Source: Candidatus Latescibacterota bacterium (lineage in GTDB: Bacteria > Latescibacterota > UBA2968 > GCA-2709665). From it: a stretch of 64,000 nt of DNA. The stretch covers positions 1 through 64,000 of the forward strand of contig CAXXXF010000014.1 in NCBI GenBank assembly GCA_963667175.2, in the 5' to 3' direction. The first letter of the stretch is position 1. Each line of letters begins with the position of its first letter. Made by a program: the position numbers and the translations under genes. The notes under the pieces are model-generated. The model made no database searches and had not been told where the DNA came from. It saw only the letters and a program-made list of their open reading frames with translations. This document shows, piece by piece, positions 49,563 through 59,240 of this stretch.

Positions 49563-50345
49563 CTATTTCTTCTTCGCGATCTCTGCAAGCGTGTCGCCGA
49601 TTACTCTGACGGTGTGGGTATCGACGCGCTCGACGCCGCGGCTGGACGCCCTGGACGCGGCGCTGGATTCGGCCCTGTATTCCGTTTCAAACGTGTAGGG
49701 TCCCCGAACGCGGTACGGCCGGAATTCCGCGATGCGGCGCATGGCCCTTTCCGCGCCTTCCCGGATGAGGTCCCGGGCCTTCGCGGGAGACAGCGTGAGC
49801 GCCGCGGTTCGGCTGAGTCCTTCCTTGACGACCACGCCTTCGATGTTTTCCACGTACTCACGCGCTTCGTCGACGGCTGCCCGGTCGCCGCTGATATAAG
49901 CCGTGGGAACGCCGGCCTCCCCCGCGTGGGCGATATTGAACCCGATTTCACCTATGAGTTCTCCATTCAGCCAGCAGTTGGAAATCACCCGCGAGCTCCA
50001 GCTGTGGCACAGCACGCCCGCGGGGGTGTTTTCCATTGCATGGTGGCCGTAGAGAAACATGGCGTCGAAGTCGATGCCCAGGTCCCAGGCGGAAACCAGC
50101 GGACGGCCGAACATCACCTTCGCTTCGTAGTGGATCATTTCGATGTTGATGCCTCCGCTGCCATGTCCGTCCAGCACGATGACCTGGTCCGCGCCGCCCT
50201 CTCTTGCGCCGTCCACCAGCGCGTTGATTTCGAGGGTGGACAGGTTTTTCGCCTGGTCGTTGTAGCGCGTGTTGTCATAGGTCTGCGTGTGGAAGTCGAC
50301 AACGCCGGCGGCGCCTTCCAGGTCGCACAGCACCATGATATTCAT
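49563..50345 (-). CDS. M55 (DppA-like) D-aminopeptidase
   Basis: CDLEG, DGHG, GHHAM, LCHSWS, IGEIG, VVKEG. Confidence 0.88.
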   Translation of the reverse strand: MNIMVLCDLEGAAGVVDFHTQTYDNTRYNDQAKNLSTLEINALVDGAREGGADQVIVLDGHGSGGINIEMIHYEAKVMFGRPLVSAWDLGIDFDAMFLYGHHAMENTPAGVLCHSWSSRVISNCWLNGELIGEIGFNIAHAGEAGVPTAYISGDRAAVDEAREYVENIEGVVVKEGLSRTAALTLSPAKARDLIREGAERAMRRIAEFRPYRVRGPYTFETEYRAESSAASRASSRGVERVDTHTVRVIGDTLAEIAKKK

Positions 50346-50361
50346 AACGGGCACTCCGTGG

Positions 50362-51510
50362 TCAGTCTTCGAACGCCGACGGCGCATAGAGCCTGCCGGC
50401 GCGGATGGTGGATACCGCGTCGAGCTTCTGTTCGCCCGAACGGGTCCTGCCGCGGGTATCGGTGAAAACGAAGCTGCCGGATTTGAGTTCGAGGATGGCC
50501 AGGTCCGCCGCCGCGCCGGGACGTAGCGTGCCGATTTCACCCAGTACGCCCATGGCGCGCGCCGGGGCCGCCGTCACCTTCTCCAGGGCCTGATCCAGCG
50601 ACAGACCCAGGAAGAGGAATTTGGAGACTGTGGTGAGGAGGTCGAACACCGGCCCGCTCAGATTGTAGACGTGCAGGTCGCTTGAAATGGCGTCCGGCGG
50701 GAAGTCCTGGGCCATCGCGGCTTCGGCAACGTCGAACACAAAGCTGCCCTGGCCGTGGCCCACGTCGAAGAGAATCCCGTTTTCCGCGGCCCTTCGCGCG
50801 GCGGGACGGACCGCGCCTGAGTCGTCCAGGATGCCGGTGTCGCTCTGGTGAAAGCAGTGGGTGACGATGTCTCCCGCACGCAATTCGGCGATCATGGCAT
50901 CGAATGACAGGGGGCTGGCGTTGGGGTGGATCATCAGCGGGAGACCGGTGGCGTCGGATATCTCACGCGCCCGATTCAGCCCTTCACGGCCGTTCTCACC
51001 AACCAGTTTCGTCGTCATCCGGATCTTGACGCCGACAATGTCGTCCTTGTATACCTCACACATCCGTACAGCGCGGTCCACGTCGGCGAACCGGAGATCG
51101 GTGAGTTCGCCAATATCGGGCGACAACAAACCCTGGGACGAGACGTGCAGGAAGGCCTTGATGCGGGTTGCGCTGGCGTCGATCACGTATTTCTTGAAAC
51201 CCTGAAACGTGTCTGCGCCCGCGGAACCGGTGTCGTAGACGGTGGTCACGCCTCTGGCCAGGCACGTGGGGTCGGGCGCCACGCCGTAATGGGAGACGCC
51301 CCACCAGACGTGAACGTGCAGATCGATCAGGCCGGGGGTTACCAGGTACCCGGTCGCGTCGACCACGGTCTGCGCCTTCTCTTCGTAGATCTCATCTTCC
51401 AGCGCGGCGATCCGTCCGCCCGCAATCGCCACGTCCCGAACCGCGTGCAGATCCTGCGCCGGGTCGATCACCGTACCGCCCTTGATGAGCATGTCGTATG
51501 GCGCCGACAT
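50362..51510 (-). CDS. Amidohydrolase/deacetylase (dihydroorotase-like)
   Basis: PGLIDLHVH, DTGSAG, VTHCF, DVGHGQGSF, ISSDLH. Confidence 0.9.
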   Translation of the reverse strand: MSAPYDMLIKGGTVIDPAQDLHAVRDVAIAGGRIAALEDEIYEEKAQTVVDATGYLVTPGLIDLHVHVWWGVSHYGVAPDPTCLARGVTTVYDTGSAGADTFQGFKKYVIDASATRIKAFLHVSSQGLLSPDIGELTDLRFADVDRAVRMCEVYKDDIVGVKIRMTTKLVGENGREGLNRAREISDATGLPLMIHPNASPLSFDAMIAELRAGDIVTHCFHQSDTGILDDSGAVRPAARRAAENGILFDVGHGQGSFVFDVAEAAMAQDFPPDAISSDLHVYNLSGPVFDLLTTVSKFLFLGLSLDQALEKVTAAPARAMGVLGEIGTLRPGAAADLAILELKSGSFVFTDTRGRTRSGEQKLDAVSTIRAGRLYAPSAFED

Positions 51511-51601
51511 AGGATTCCTCGACAATGGGGCTGATAAATGCCCCGGTTTCTGCCGCTTGCAGCCGGAAAATAAAGAAAAAACCCAGTTGCGGCAAACGAG
51601 A

Positions 51602-51629
51602 AAAGGGGCAACCCGACGGGCGCCCCTTT
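51602..51629 (-). terminator. Terminator hairpin downstream of mdh
   Basis: aaaggggc...gccccttt stem with a T run on the minus strand. Confidence 0.6.
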
Positions 51630-51643
51630 GGCGTATGAATGCC

Positions 51644-51658
51644 TTCAACGGACTGCTA
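51644..51658 (-). mobile_element. Isolated MITE end fused to the mdh stop codon
   Basis: Minus strand TAGCAGTCCGTTGAA is identical to 22536-22550. Confidence 0.5.
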
Positions 51659-52666
51659 CGCCAGATTCGGGTTGCTGCGCCCCCACTCTGACAGCGGCGG
51701 CAGGATGCCCTCCCGGATGATTTCGTCGCGCAATCCGACCAGATGCGCGTAGGAATTCCTCAACGCCGCGAGATCTTCCTCCGTTCCTACCGGCATCCTG
51801 CAGGTGACGCCTTCCGACGAGAGGGAGGCGGGCATGGCCATCATGATATCGCTGAATTCACCGTTGTTGACGTAGGCGCCGCACGGCCAGTCGTAGGGTT
51901 CGCCGAACAGCCCCCGCAGCATGAAGACGCTCTGCTGCGCGGGAGACTGGAACGACGAGCGGCCGCGCAACCGGATGATCCGGGCGCCGCCGCCGGTCAC
52001 GTGGGCCTGGATGCCGCTCCACGCCTCCGGCGTAAGGCTGACGCCGTTTACGGTCTTTCCCGCCAGGATTTCCGTGAGGGGAATGCCGTCAACCGCGGTT
52101 CCACTCTTGAAGACGGCCATCGTCTCGCCGTGGCCGCCGTACGTCTTGCAGCCGGTGACCAGGTCCTGCTGAATGCCGAAATGCTGGGCCAGCGCCGTCT
52201 GCAGCCGTGTGCTGTCCAGGGCGGCCAGCGTGGACACCCTGCCGGAGGGAAGCCCTGAGTGCACCAGCGTGGTGAGCCCGGTGATATCCGCCGGGTTGAA
52301 AATGATGATGACGAACTTGCATTCCGGACAATGTCGCTTGATATCCAGACCGAGTTGCTTCGCGATCAGACCGTTGTCCCGCGTGAGGTCTTCGCGCGTC
52401 ATCCCTTCTTTCCTGGGCGCCCCGCCCGAACTGATCACGTACGCGGCGCCGGAAAGGGCTTCGGCGACATCGGCGGTCCAAGTGACGTTCGCGCCGGGGA
52501 ATCCGCAGTGGTAGATTTCTTCGGCGGCCCCCTCGAGCCCGGGTTCGAACGGGTCGTACATGGATACCCTGCCGGCGGTACCCGACGCCAGCAGGGTCTG
52601 GGCGAGATTGGAGCCGATGGCTCCGGCCGCACCCAGAACGGCGACTTTCTCATCCGTTAGGTACAT
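51656..52666 (-). CDS. mdh: Malate dehydrogenase
   Basis: GAAGAIG, GAPRKEGMTREDL, LDSTRL, GGHGE. Confidence 0.9.
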   Translation of the reverse strand: MYLTDEKVAVLGAAGAIGSNLAQTLLASGTAGRVSMYDPFEPGLEGAAEEIYHCGFPGANVTWTADVAEALSGAAYVISSGGAPRKEGMTREDLTRDNGLIAKQLGLDIKRHCPECKFVIIIFNPADITGLTTLVHSGLPSGRVSTLAALDSTRLQTALAQHFGIQQDLVTGCKTYGGHGETMAVFKSGTAVDGIPLTEILAGKTVNGVSLTPEAWSGIQAHVTGGGARIIRLRGRSSFQSPAQQSVFMLRGLFGEPYDWPCGAYVNNGEFSDIMMAMPASLSSEGVTCRMPVGTEEDLAALRNSYAHLVGLRDEIIREGILPPLSEWGRSNPNLA

Positions 52667-52695
52667 CGGTTCATTCTCCCGGCGGCCGGTCCGAC

Positions 52696-53940
52696 TCACT
52701 CGCCGGCCTGGTCTTGCAGGCTCGTACTCATATTGAAGGCCTCCTCCGCGTTCTTAGCGCTTTTCGATGCCGCGTCGTCCATACCCGCCTCAGACTGCTC
52801 CTGCGAAAGCAGGGCCCACGATCGGGAAAGCGCCTGCCAGCCGGACACGCTGGTGGTTCTCAGGCTGACGACCATCTTGAGGGCATCGATGGATTCCTTG
52901 AGCTTGCCCTGCTTTTCATAAATCCGTCCCAGCCGGAACCAGGCGTCGGCGTCCTGCGGATTGGCCTGGACGCTCTTCAGGAACAGGTTGACGGCCTCGT
53001 CGGTTCTGCCCAGGTTCCGGTAGCACTCCGCGAGATTGAACAGCGTATCGACGTCTTCGGGCCTTTGCGCGGCGACCCTTTCGAGGAGTTCGGCCGCCTT
53101 TGCGTAATTGCCTCCCATCAGATGCATCTGCCCGGCCATGACCAACACGTCCAGATTATCCGGGTCGATGGCCAGGGCTTTCTCCGCGGTTTCGAGGGCG
53201 CCGACCTTGTCGTCCATATACTGCTGGGCGCGGGCCAGGTCGTTCAGATAGTCGGCGTTGTCGGGCACGAGCTCACAGGCCCTGGCGAAGCACTGCATCG
53301 CTTCTTCGTAATTCTTCATATTCATATACGCCCGGCCCAGGTTGACGAACGAAGATGCTTCCGTGCTGTCGAGCTCCACCGCCTTTTCATAGGCGTCGAT
53401 GCCCGCCTGCGCCTGGCCCATGTTCAGGTAGGTCACCCCCAGCGCCTGGTACGTCATGGGTTTCTCCGGCGCCAGCGCGATGGCTCTCTGGAGGGATTCG
53501 ATGGCCGCGCCGTAGTCTTGGGCGCCAATCGCCCGAACCGCGTTGTTGTAGTTCCGGCTCCACCACATGTCCAGGTACGGCTGGATCTTCTTGGCGAATT
53601 TCTTCTTCCCTTTCTTCGTTGCCAGGACCAGTTCGAATTCCTTTCTCATCTCGTCCTGCATGTTCTTCTCGGAATAGATCTCGCCCAACATGAAGTGCGC
53701 CTGTACGTCGTTGGGGTCGCCTTCGATGACGATCAGCAACTGGGCGAGGGCTTTGTCGAACAACCGCTGGCTGATGTAGAGGTGGGCGGACCGCTTGGCA
53801 ATCTTGGCGTCGCCCTTAGTGATCTTCTTTTTCGCGGCGTACAACTCCGGAGGCGCGGTCCCGAAGGAGGCCAACACAAGAAGCGCGAACACGAGAATGC
53901 CCGGTCGGCGCAGGTATTGTATGATGAAGTCCAAAGTCAT
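52696..53940 (-). CDS. Secreted tetratricopeptide-repeat protein
   Basis: Signal-like N-terminus; many TPRs (AHFMLGEIY, TYQALGVTY, SFVNLGRAY, AWFRLGRIY). Confidence 0.88.
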   Translation of the reverse strand: MTLDFIIQYLRRPGILVFALLVLASFGTAPPELYAAKKKITKGDAKIAKRSAHLYISQRLFDKALAQLLIVIEGDPNDVQAHFMLGEIYSEKNMQDEMRKEFELVLATKKGKKKFAKKIQPYLDMWWSRNYNNAVRAIGAQDYGAAIESLQRAIALAPEKPMTYQALGVTYLNMGQAQAGIDAYEKAVELDSTEASSFVNLGRAYMNMKNYEEAMQCFARACELVPDNADYLNDLARAQQYMDDKVGALETAEKALAIDPDNLDVLVMAGQMHLMGGNYAKAAELLERVAAQRPEDVDTLFNLAECYRNLGRTDEAVNLFLKSVQANPQDADAWFRLGRIYEKQGKLKESIDALKMVVSLRTTSVSGWQALSRSWALLSQEQSEAGMDDAASKSAKNAEEAFNMSTSLQDQAGE

Positions 53941-54076
53941 ACCCCTTTCTATTTTACACCGTACCATCGATTCGGCCGATGTACGTCCAGGCACGGAAAC
54001 ACAGCACGACCCTCTGGCAGGGTTGAACCCATCGTGAATCACACCGCTTTTTCAGAACCAATCGTCGGATCGGTGC

Positions 54077-54105
54077 AATATAGGCGGCCTGTAGAATTCT
54101 GTCAA
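54077..54105 (-). promoter_or_regulatory. Sigma70 promoter of the TPR-mdh unit
   Basis: Minus strand TTGACA-17 nt-TATATT. Confidence 0.6.
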
Positions 54106-54231
54106 GGTCAAACGCGCGAAAATCGCGCGCCAGATCACAGCCGACACGTGTAAGGTCGACAAGCGAGGGGAACGTCGCGAGACGGGATGAATCTACGGTC
54201 GAATGGTGACGGATTTCCGGGACAGAACACC

Positions 54232-54423
54232 TTATGTGTCCCTGTCCGAAATCAGCACCCCGCCCACCGACCAGTGGTCGCGGGTCACTTCCTCGATGAC
54301 CACCATCGTGCCTTCCGGTTTCGCTCCACAGAACTTCTGCAGCGCGTCTGTAATGGCCCTGACCAGTTCGCGTTTCTGGTCCTTCGTGCGGCCGTCGAGC
54401 ATCTTCACGTTGACATAGGGCAT
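54232..54423 (-). CDS. 4-oxalocrotonate tautomerase family protein
   Basis: Catalytic Pro1, GRTKDQKRELV, WSVGG. Confidence 0.93.
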   Translation of the reverse strand: MPYVNVKMLDGRTKDQKRELVRAITDALQKFCGAKPEGTMVVIEEVTRDHWSVGGVLISDRDT

Positions 54424-54623
54424 GCGGGCATCCTTTCCGATGACGAAAAACAGTGGAACGCAGGGTCTGACCCTGTCCTGTGACCGAAAACAAAGGGTAA
54501 GGTAAGGAAAAACGTCCGGGTATCAAGTTTGAATCGAATGCAAAACGCAACTGACGAACGCGGTCTGCCCGACCAACGCCCGCACGGCCCACGGAACCTG
54601 CGGACGACAGCGGACGGCGGTGC

Positions 54624-55664
54624 CTACGCCTGGGTTTCGTCGATGACGATCAGGGTCTTGACGGATTCTCCGGCTTCGGCCACGGTCTGAAAACCATCGG
54701 CGGCTTCTTCCAGAGAGAAGCGGTGGGTAACGAGTTTTCTGGCGGTCACCACCCCGAGGCCAACGATGTCCATGGCTTCCACGGTGTCGGGAGGACCGCA
54801 GGAATAACTCGTCAGGAGGGTAATGTCCCTGGAATAGAGATCGTAAGGATCGACAGAGAGGGTCCGGCCGGGTTCGGCCGGTGTGAACAGAAGCACGGTC
54901 CCGCCCACGCCCACCGCGGTTAAACCCGCCTCCATCGCCGTCAGCGTTCCCGGACCGACCACAACCAGGTCGGCCATGTCCCCGCGGGTGGCGTCAGCGA
55001 CGGATTCAGCCAGGTCCTCCACCGTGGCGTCGACGCCTGCGTCGGCGCCGAGTTCCAGGGCTTTTTCCAGCCGGTAGGGCACCATGTCCGACACAATCAC
55101 GGTGGACGCGCCGTAATGCCGGGCGACCAGCGCGAGAAGCTGGCCCATAATGCCCATCCCGATGATCACCACGCGGTCGCCAGGCTGCATGCGGGCGCGG
55201 CGTTTCAGCGCCTGGACCGCGCAGGCCGTCGGCTCGACGAGCGCGCCGTCTTCCAGGGACAGCGAAGCCGGTAGCTTCAGGGTATCGGTTTTGAGGTTGA
55301 GACCGGGAACGCGGACGAATTCAGCGAGTCCGCCGGGGTCCAGCGCGGAGGCCTTCCAGGTGGGGCACATTGAAAAATGCCCCCGGCGGCAGAAACGGCA
55401 GTTCCTGCAGGGGGCATGATGGTGAACGAAAACCCGATCCCCGGGTGAGAATCCGGTGGCTTCGGAGCCGACGTCGACGATGGTCCCGGCGGGTTCGTGG
55501 CCGAGAACGACGGGGGCCTTGCGACGCACGTACCACGGCAGCGTATCGCTGGTACAGATGCCGCAGACTGCCATTTTGACGAGGGCGTCTTCAGGTCCGA
55601 TTACCGGGACCGGTTCTTCTTCGATGCGGACGTCGCCGTAGTCGTACAGACGGGCTACGCGCAT
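54624..55664 (-). CDS. Zinc-dependent (MDR) dehydrogenase
   Basis: CGICTSD, LGHE, CRNCRFC...C, GMGIMG. Confidence 0.9.
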   Translation of the reverse strand: MRVARLYDYGDVRIEEEPVPVIGPEDALVKMAVCGICTSDTLPWYVRRKAPVVLGHEPAGTIVDVGSEATGFSPGDRVFVHHHAPCRNCRFCRRGHFSMCPTWKASALDPGGLAEFVRVPGLNLKTDTLKLPASLSLEDGALVEPTACAVQALKRRARMQPGDRVVIIGMGIMGQLLALVARHYGASTVIVSDMVPYRLEKALELGADAGVDATVEDLAESVADATRGDMADLVVVGPGTLTAMEAGLTAVGVGGTVLLFTPAEPGRTLSVDPYDLYSRDITLLTSYSCGPPDTVEAMDIVGLGVVTARKLVTHRFSLEEAADGFQTVAEAGESVKTLIVIDETQA

Positions 55665-56719
55665 CACCCTGCTTTTTCCGGGCTGGGCTCGGAAGGCACA
55701 ACCGAGTATTTGACGTCGTTGCCCTTCTTCAGAAGAAGATCGAAGACGTGTTTCAGGTCGGACAGGGTATACGTGCCCGAAATCAGACCATTGAGATGGA
55801 TCTTCCTGTCCACCAGCATCTGGTAGGCCTTCTTGACGGCGCTGCGGCTATAGTGAAACACGCCCTTGAGGGTAATCTGATCGTAGTGTAACCGGGTGGT
55901 GTCGAAGGTGGCGACGGTGCCCTTCGGAAGACCGCCGAACAGGACGATCGTGCCCCCCTTGGCGACCAGGTCGGGCGTGCTCTCCCAGACGGCCAACTGC
56001 CCGGTGCATTCGATTACCAGATCCGCGCCGATGCCGCCGGTCAGCTCCCTGACACGGTCGATCGCGTTCTCCGTTTCCACGTCGATGATCTCGTCGGCGC
56101 CGAGCGTGGTGGCAAGTCTGAGACGGTGTTCGCGCTTGCCCGCGACAATCACGCGCTTTGCGCCAAAGGCGCGCACGACGGCCGTATGCATCAGACCGAT
56201 AGCGCCCGCGCCGATGATGAGCACGGTGGCGTCCGGGCCCATTAGCACCTGGTCCATGCCGTAGACCACGCACGAGAGTGGCTCCAGCATCGCCGCTTCT
56301 TCGTAGGAAAGATCGGCAGGCTTTTTGTACATATTGTTTTCGACGACGTGGGCCGGCACGCGAACGTATTCCGCGAAAGCGCCGAATACCATCTCGTCGA
56401 TGGCGTACCGGCATAGGTTCTCCCTCGACTTCCGGCAGTCCACGCATTTGCCGCAGGGCGCGGTGGGCGCGGTCATCACCTGGTCGCCCGGCTTGAATCT
56501 GGTGACCCCCTCGCCGACTTCGTAGATATCGCCGGAGAACTCATGCCCCAACGGCGTTGGCGTTGGAATCTTGGGGTGGCCGCGGCGGAAGGTCTTCAGT
56601 TCGGTGCCGCACGTCAGCGCGGACCGAACCCTGACGACGACTTCCCCGGGGCCAGCGGCGGGAATGTCGACGTCCCGCAGTTCAAGCCGACCGGGTTCCA
56701 GAAGAAGCGATGAAAGCAT
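55664..56719 (-). CDS. Zinc-dependent (MDR) dehydrogenase
   Basis: TCGTE, LGHE, CGKCVDC...C, GAGAIG. Confidence 0.9.
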   Translation of the reverse strand: MLSSLLLEPGRLELRDVDIPAAGPGEVVVRVRSALTCGTELKTFRRGHPKIPTPTPLGHEFSGDIYEVGEGVTRFKPGDQVMTAPTAPCGKCVDCRKSRENLCRYAIDEMVFGAFAEYVRVPAHVVENNMYKKPADLSYEEAAMLEPLSCVVYGMDQVLMGPDATVLIIGAGAIGLMHTAVVRAFGAKRVIVAGKREHRLRLATTLGADEIIDVETENAIDRVRELTGGIGADLVIECTGQLAVWESTPDLVAKGGTIVLFGGLPKGTVATFDTTRLHYDQITLKGVFHYSRSAVKKAYQMLVDRKIHLNGLISGTYTLSDLKHVFDLLLKKGNDVKYSVVPSEPSPEKAG

Positions 56720-56960
56720 TGTCCTCGCTCCTCTTCAATAGGTGGCGCATCCTGTACAAACCTGCCATATGAAAACTTACTGGAATTCGGTGCGGTTCGC
56801 AAGCGCTTTATCGGTAAATTTCGTCCCGACGCGCTTCCCGGATAACTTTCCGGGTACACTGGCAACGCGAAATCCAAGCACGAAACGTCACACAGAGTTC
56901 ACGCTGCAGCGGGCGGCAGATGCGCTTGCGCCGACAATCGCGGCCCATGCGCCAGGGGGC

Positions 56961-58292
56961 TCAGAAGACGGCTATTTCAGGGACCACAACGCGACCCAAT
57001 GCCGCCTTGCCGCCGTAGACTTTAACGTTAAACGGCGTGAGAAACGTCACCGGAACGTCACCGAGGACCGTGTTGTTCTCCAGGTCGAGGATCTTGAGGC
57101 CATACGATCCGGCAAGCAGATTGACGACGGCGACGTATGCGGTCTTGCCGTCGCGGGAAACCCCGAAATTCACGGCTTCCCCTTCGATCCGAATTTCGCT
57201 CATCTTCTCAAGCGTGCCTGCTTCTATGGTCCAGAAGTAACCGACAAGGACGATACCCAGGGGATGGTTTGCATCCAGAAATTGCCGCCTTACGGTCGCG
57301 TAGAGCTTTTCGCCATTCCGTGACGCCTGGAGGTCGTGCACGATCGTGGTCGAATCCCCTGCCACTACCAGCCCGTCAATAACCTCTTTGGTTTCGGGGT
57401 CGATCGACACGATCCGGACAGACGGGTCGTTGCCGCCCCGGGTTGTTGCGGTATAGATCCTGTCGCCCTCGCTCGAGACGGCCACCCGCCCGTTGCTCCA
57501 TCCGCCAAGTCGGATACTGTCCTCAAGCGACTGTCGAGGGCCGTCGATGACCGAAATCCACGGATATTCCGAATGCCCCACGTAGACCGTGTTACCGTTG
57601 GGAGAGACAGCGATGCCACTTGGCTTATACGAAAGCGGAATGAGTGCGACGGATTCTGCGTCTTTTAGATCGATCACTTCCACCTGTCTGGCGATTTCTT
57701 CGGTGACGTAAGCCAGCCGATGGTCCGGAGAAAGCGCCATGCGGAAGCCGCCGCGCGGGCCCCCGGTTGGCCCTGAAGATTCGGGGGGGTCCTCAAGCGG
57801 CAGCCGGTAGTCGATCTCACTGGATTCGGTGAGCGCGAAGAAGGAGTCGACGCAGGTGACATAAAAGCGCCTGTTGCGAAATGAGTAGGTCACGCTCCGA
57901 GGCTGGCTGAGGGTAACGGAAAGGCCGGGATCGTAGAAGTTGGATTGTGCATCCACCACGAATACCCTGTCCGCCCAGGTGTCGACGACGTAGATCCGTC
58001 GAGGGTCGAAGGGTTCACGATCGCTGTCGTCTGTTGGCGGTTCCGGGACTCCGAATCCCCTCGCGAAGAGGATGAAGTCCTGGAAGTCCACCTCCCCGTT
58101 GCCGTTCAGGTCCAGCCGTGCGTCGAATCCGGCGTCCTGATCGGTTTTCCCGAATCCTCTCGCGAAGATGATGAAATCCGTAAAACCGACTTCGCCGTCT
58201 TCGTCGAAGTCGACGGACGGCGCTTCCTGTGCGACGCCGCTGCTGCTCAAGAGGAGACAGACGCTGAACAGGACGAGTGCGACCCTGGTCAT
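56961..58292 (-). CDS. Secreted dockerin-like EF-hand plus YncE/YVTN beta-propeller protein
   Basis: Signal peptide; DFDEDGEVGFTDFIIFARGFG and DLNGNGEVDFQDFILFARGFG; blades LSPDHRLAYV, VSPNGNTVYV, VSRDGKTAYV. Confidence 0.85.
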   Translation of the reverse strand: MTRVALVLFSVCLLLSSSGVAQEAPSVDFDEDGEVGFTDFIIFARGFGKTDQDAGFDARLDLNGNGEVDFQDFILFARGFGVPEPPTDDSDREPFDPRRIYVVDTWADRVFVVDAQSNFYDPGLSVTLSQPRSVTYSFRNRRFYVTCVDSFFALTESSEIDYRLPLEDPPESSGPTGGPRGGFRMALSPDHRLAYVTEEIARQVEVIDLKDAESVALIPLSYKPSGIAVSPNGNTVYVGHSEYPWISVIDGPRQSLEDSIRLGGWSNGRVAVSSEGDRIYTATTRGGNDPSVRIVSIDPETKEVIDGLVVAGDSTTIVHDLQASRNGEKLYATVRRQFLDANHPLGIVLVGYFWTIEAGTLEKMSEIRIEGEAVNFGVSRDGKTAYVAVVNLLAGSYGLKILDLENNTVLGDVPVTFLTPFNVKVYGGKAALGRVVVPEIAVF

Positions 58293-58313
58293 TTTATCTT
58301 CCTCCGGGGTGGG

Positions 58314-59111
58314 TCAGTCCGGATAGAGCTCGGACCGGTACCGCCTGGTGTAGAACCGCGTGGCTTTTTCCACGTCGAGGTCCGCGATGAGAAGGTCTTC
58401 CCTGCCGCGCGGGATGGTTTCGATGAGATCGCCCTGAGGGTCGATGAGGCTGGTGGCCGAGTTCTGGCCCTTCATGGCCTGATTGACGCTGGCGAAGTAG
58501 ACGTTGTTCTCCCCCGCCCGGCACTGCATGGCCTTCTCGTAGAAGGACTCGCCCCACTTCCCGGGCTCCTCTCCTCCTTCGTCGCTGCCCGTGACCTGGG
58601 GTTGAAAGACAATCCGCGCGCCCCGGACGGCGGACCAGCGCACGGTCTCCGGATAGCGCCAGCCTTCGTGGCAGATGGTAATTCCGAATTTGACGCCCTT
58701 TACGGCAAACACCCGTCGCCGCCCGTCCGGCACGTAGTTCTCCGACTCGCCGCCCGGCGTGATCTGGTTTTTGGTCTGATACCCGAGCACCCGGCCCGCA
58801 GGGGAGATGACGAATGCCCTGTTTTCGAGGCCGAGTTCGGACTGCCATTCCATCCCGGCGATCATGGCCACACCGGTATCGCGGCATGCCGCGCGAAGGT
58901 CCCTCAACGCGCGTTCCATGACGGGCTGATCCGGGCGGGGCAGATCGAACGATGCGCCTCTGAGGCCGGGAAGGTACGTCTCGGGCGTGCAGACGATGTC
59001 CACCTGCCGGTCCCGGCACTCGTGGAGGACGGAAATCAGCTTTTCGACTCCTTCCGGCACGGAGGGCCGCTGCTTGAGCGCGGCCAAGCAGACGCGTAGC
59101 GTTTTCGGCAT
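58314..59111 (-). CDS. Carbon-nitrogen hydrolase (nitrilase superfamily)
   Basis: E-K-C triad in TPETY, QTKNQ, ICHEG. Confidence 0.9.
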   Translation of the reverse strand: MPKTLRVCLAALKQRPSVPEGVEKLISVLHECRDRQVDIVCTPETYLPGLRGASFDLPRPDQPVMERALRDLRAACRDTGVAMIAGMEWQSELGLENRAFVISPAGRVLGYQTKNQITPGGESENYVPDGRRRVFAVKGVKFGITICHEGWRYPETVRWSAVRGARIVFQPQVTGSDEGGEEPGKWGESFYEKAMQCRAGENNVYFASVNQAMKGQNSATSLIDPQGDLIETIPRGREDLLIADLDVEKATRFYTRRYRSELYPD

Positions 59112-59240
59112 GGGACGAGTCCTTGCTGTTTGTGGGTTCGTACGCAGGACCGGGGATCGAAGCTCAATTGAAACGTGCGGAACCGTTCCGGCAAAAGATC
59201 AACAGAACCAGGGGAATTGTCAACCAGATCGGCGGGAGCA

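Noticed and set aside
54010-54050. 6S RNA suggested by ttgaaccc
   Set aside because: No long closing stem was found and the usual zapA/ygfA context is absent
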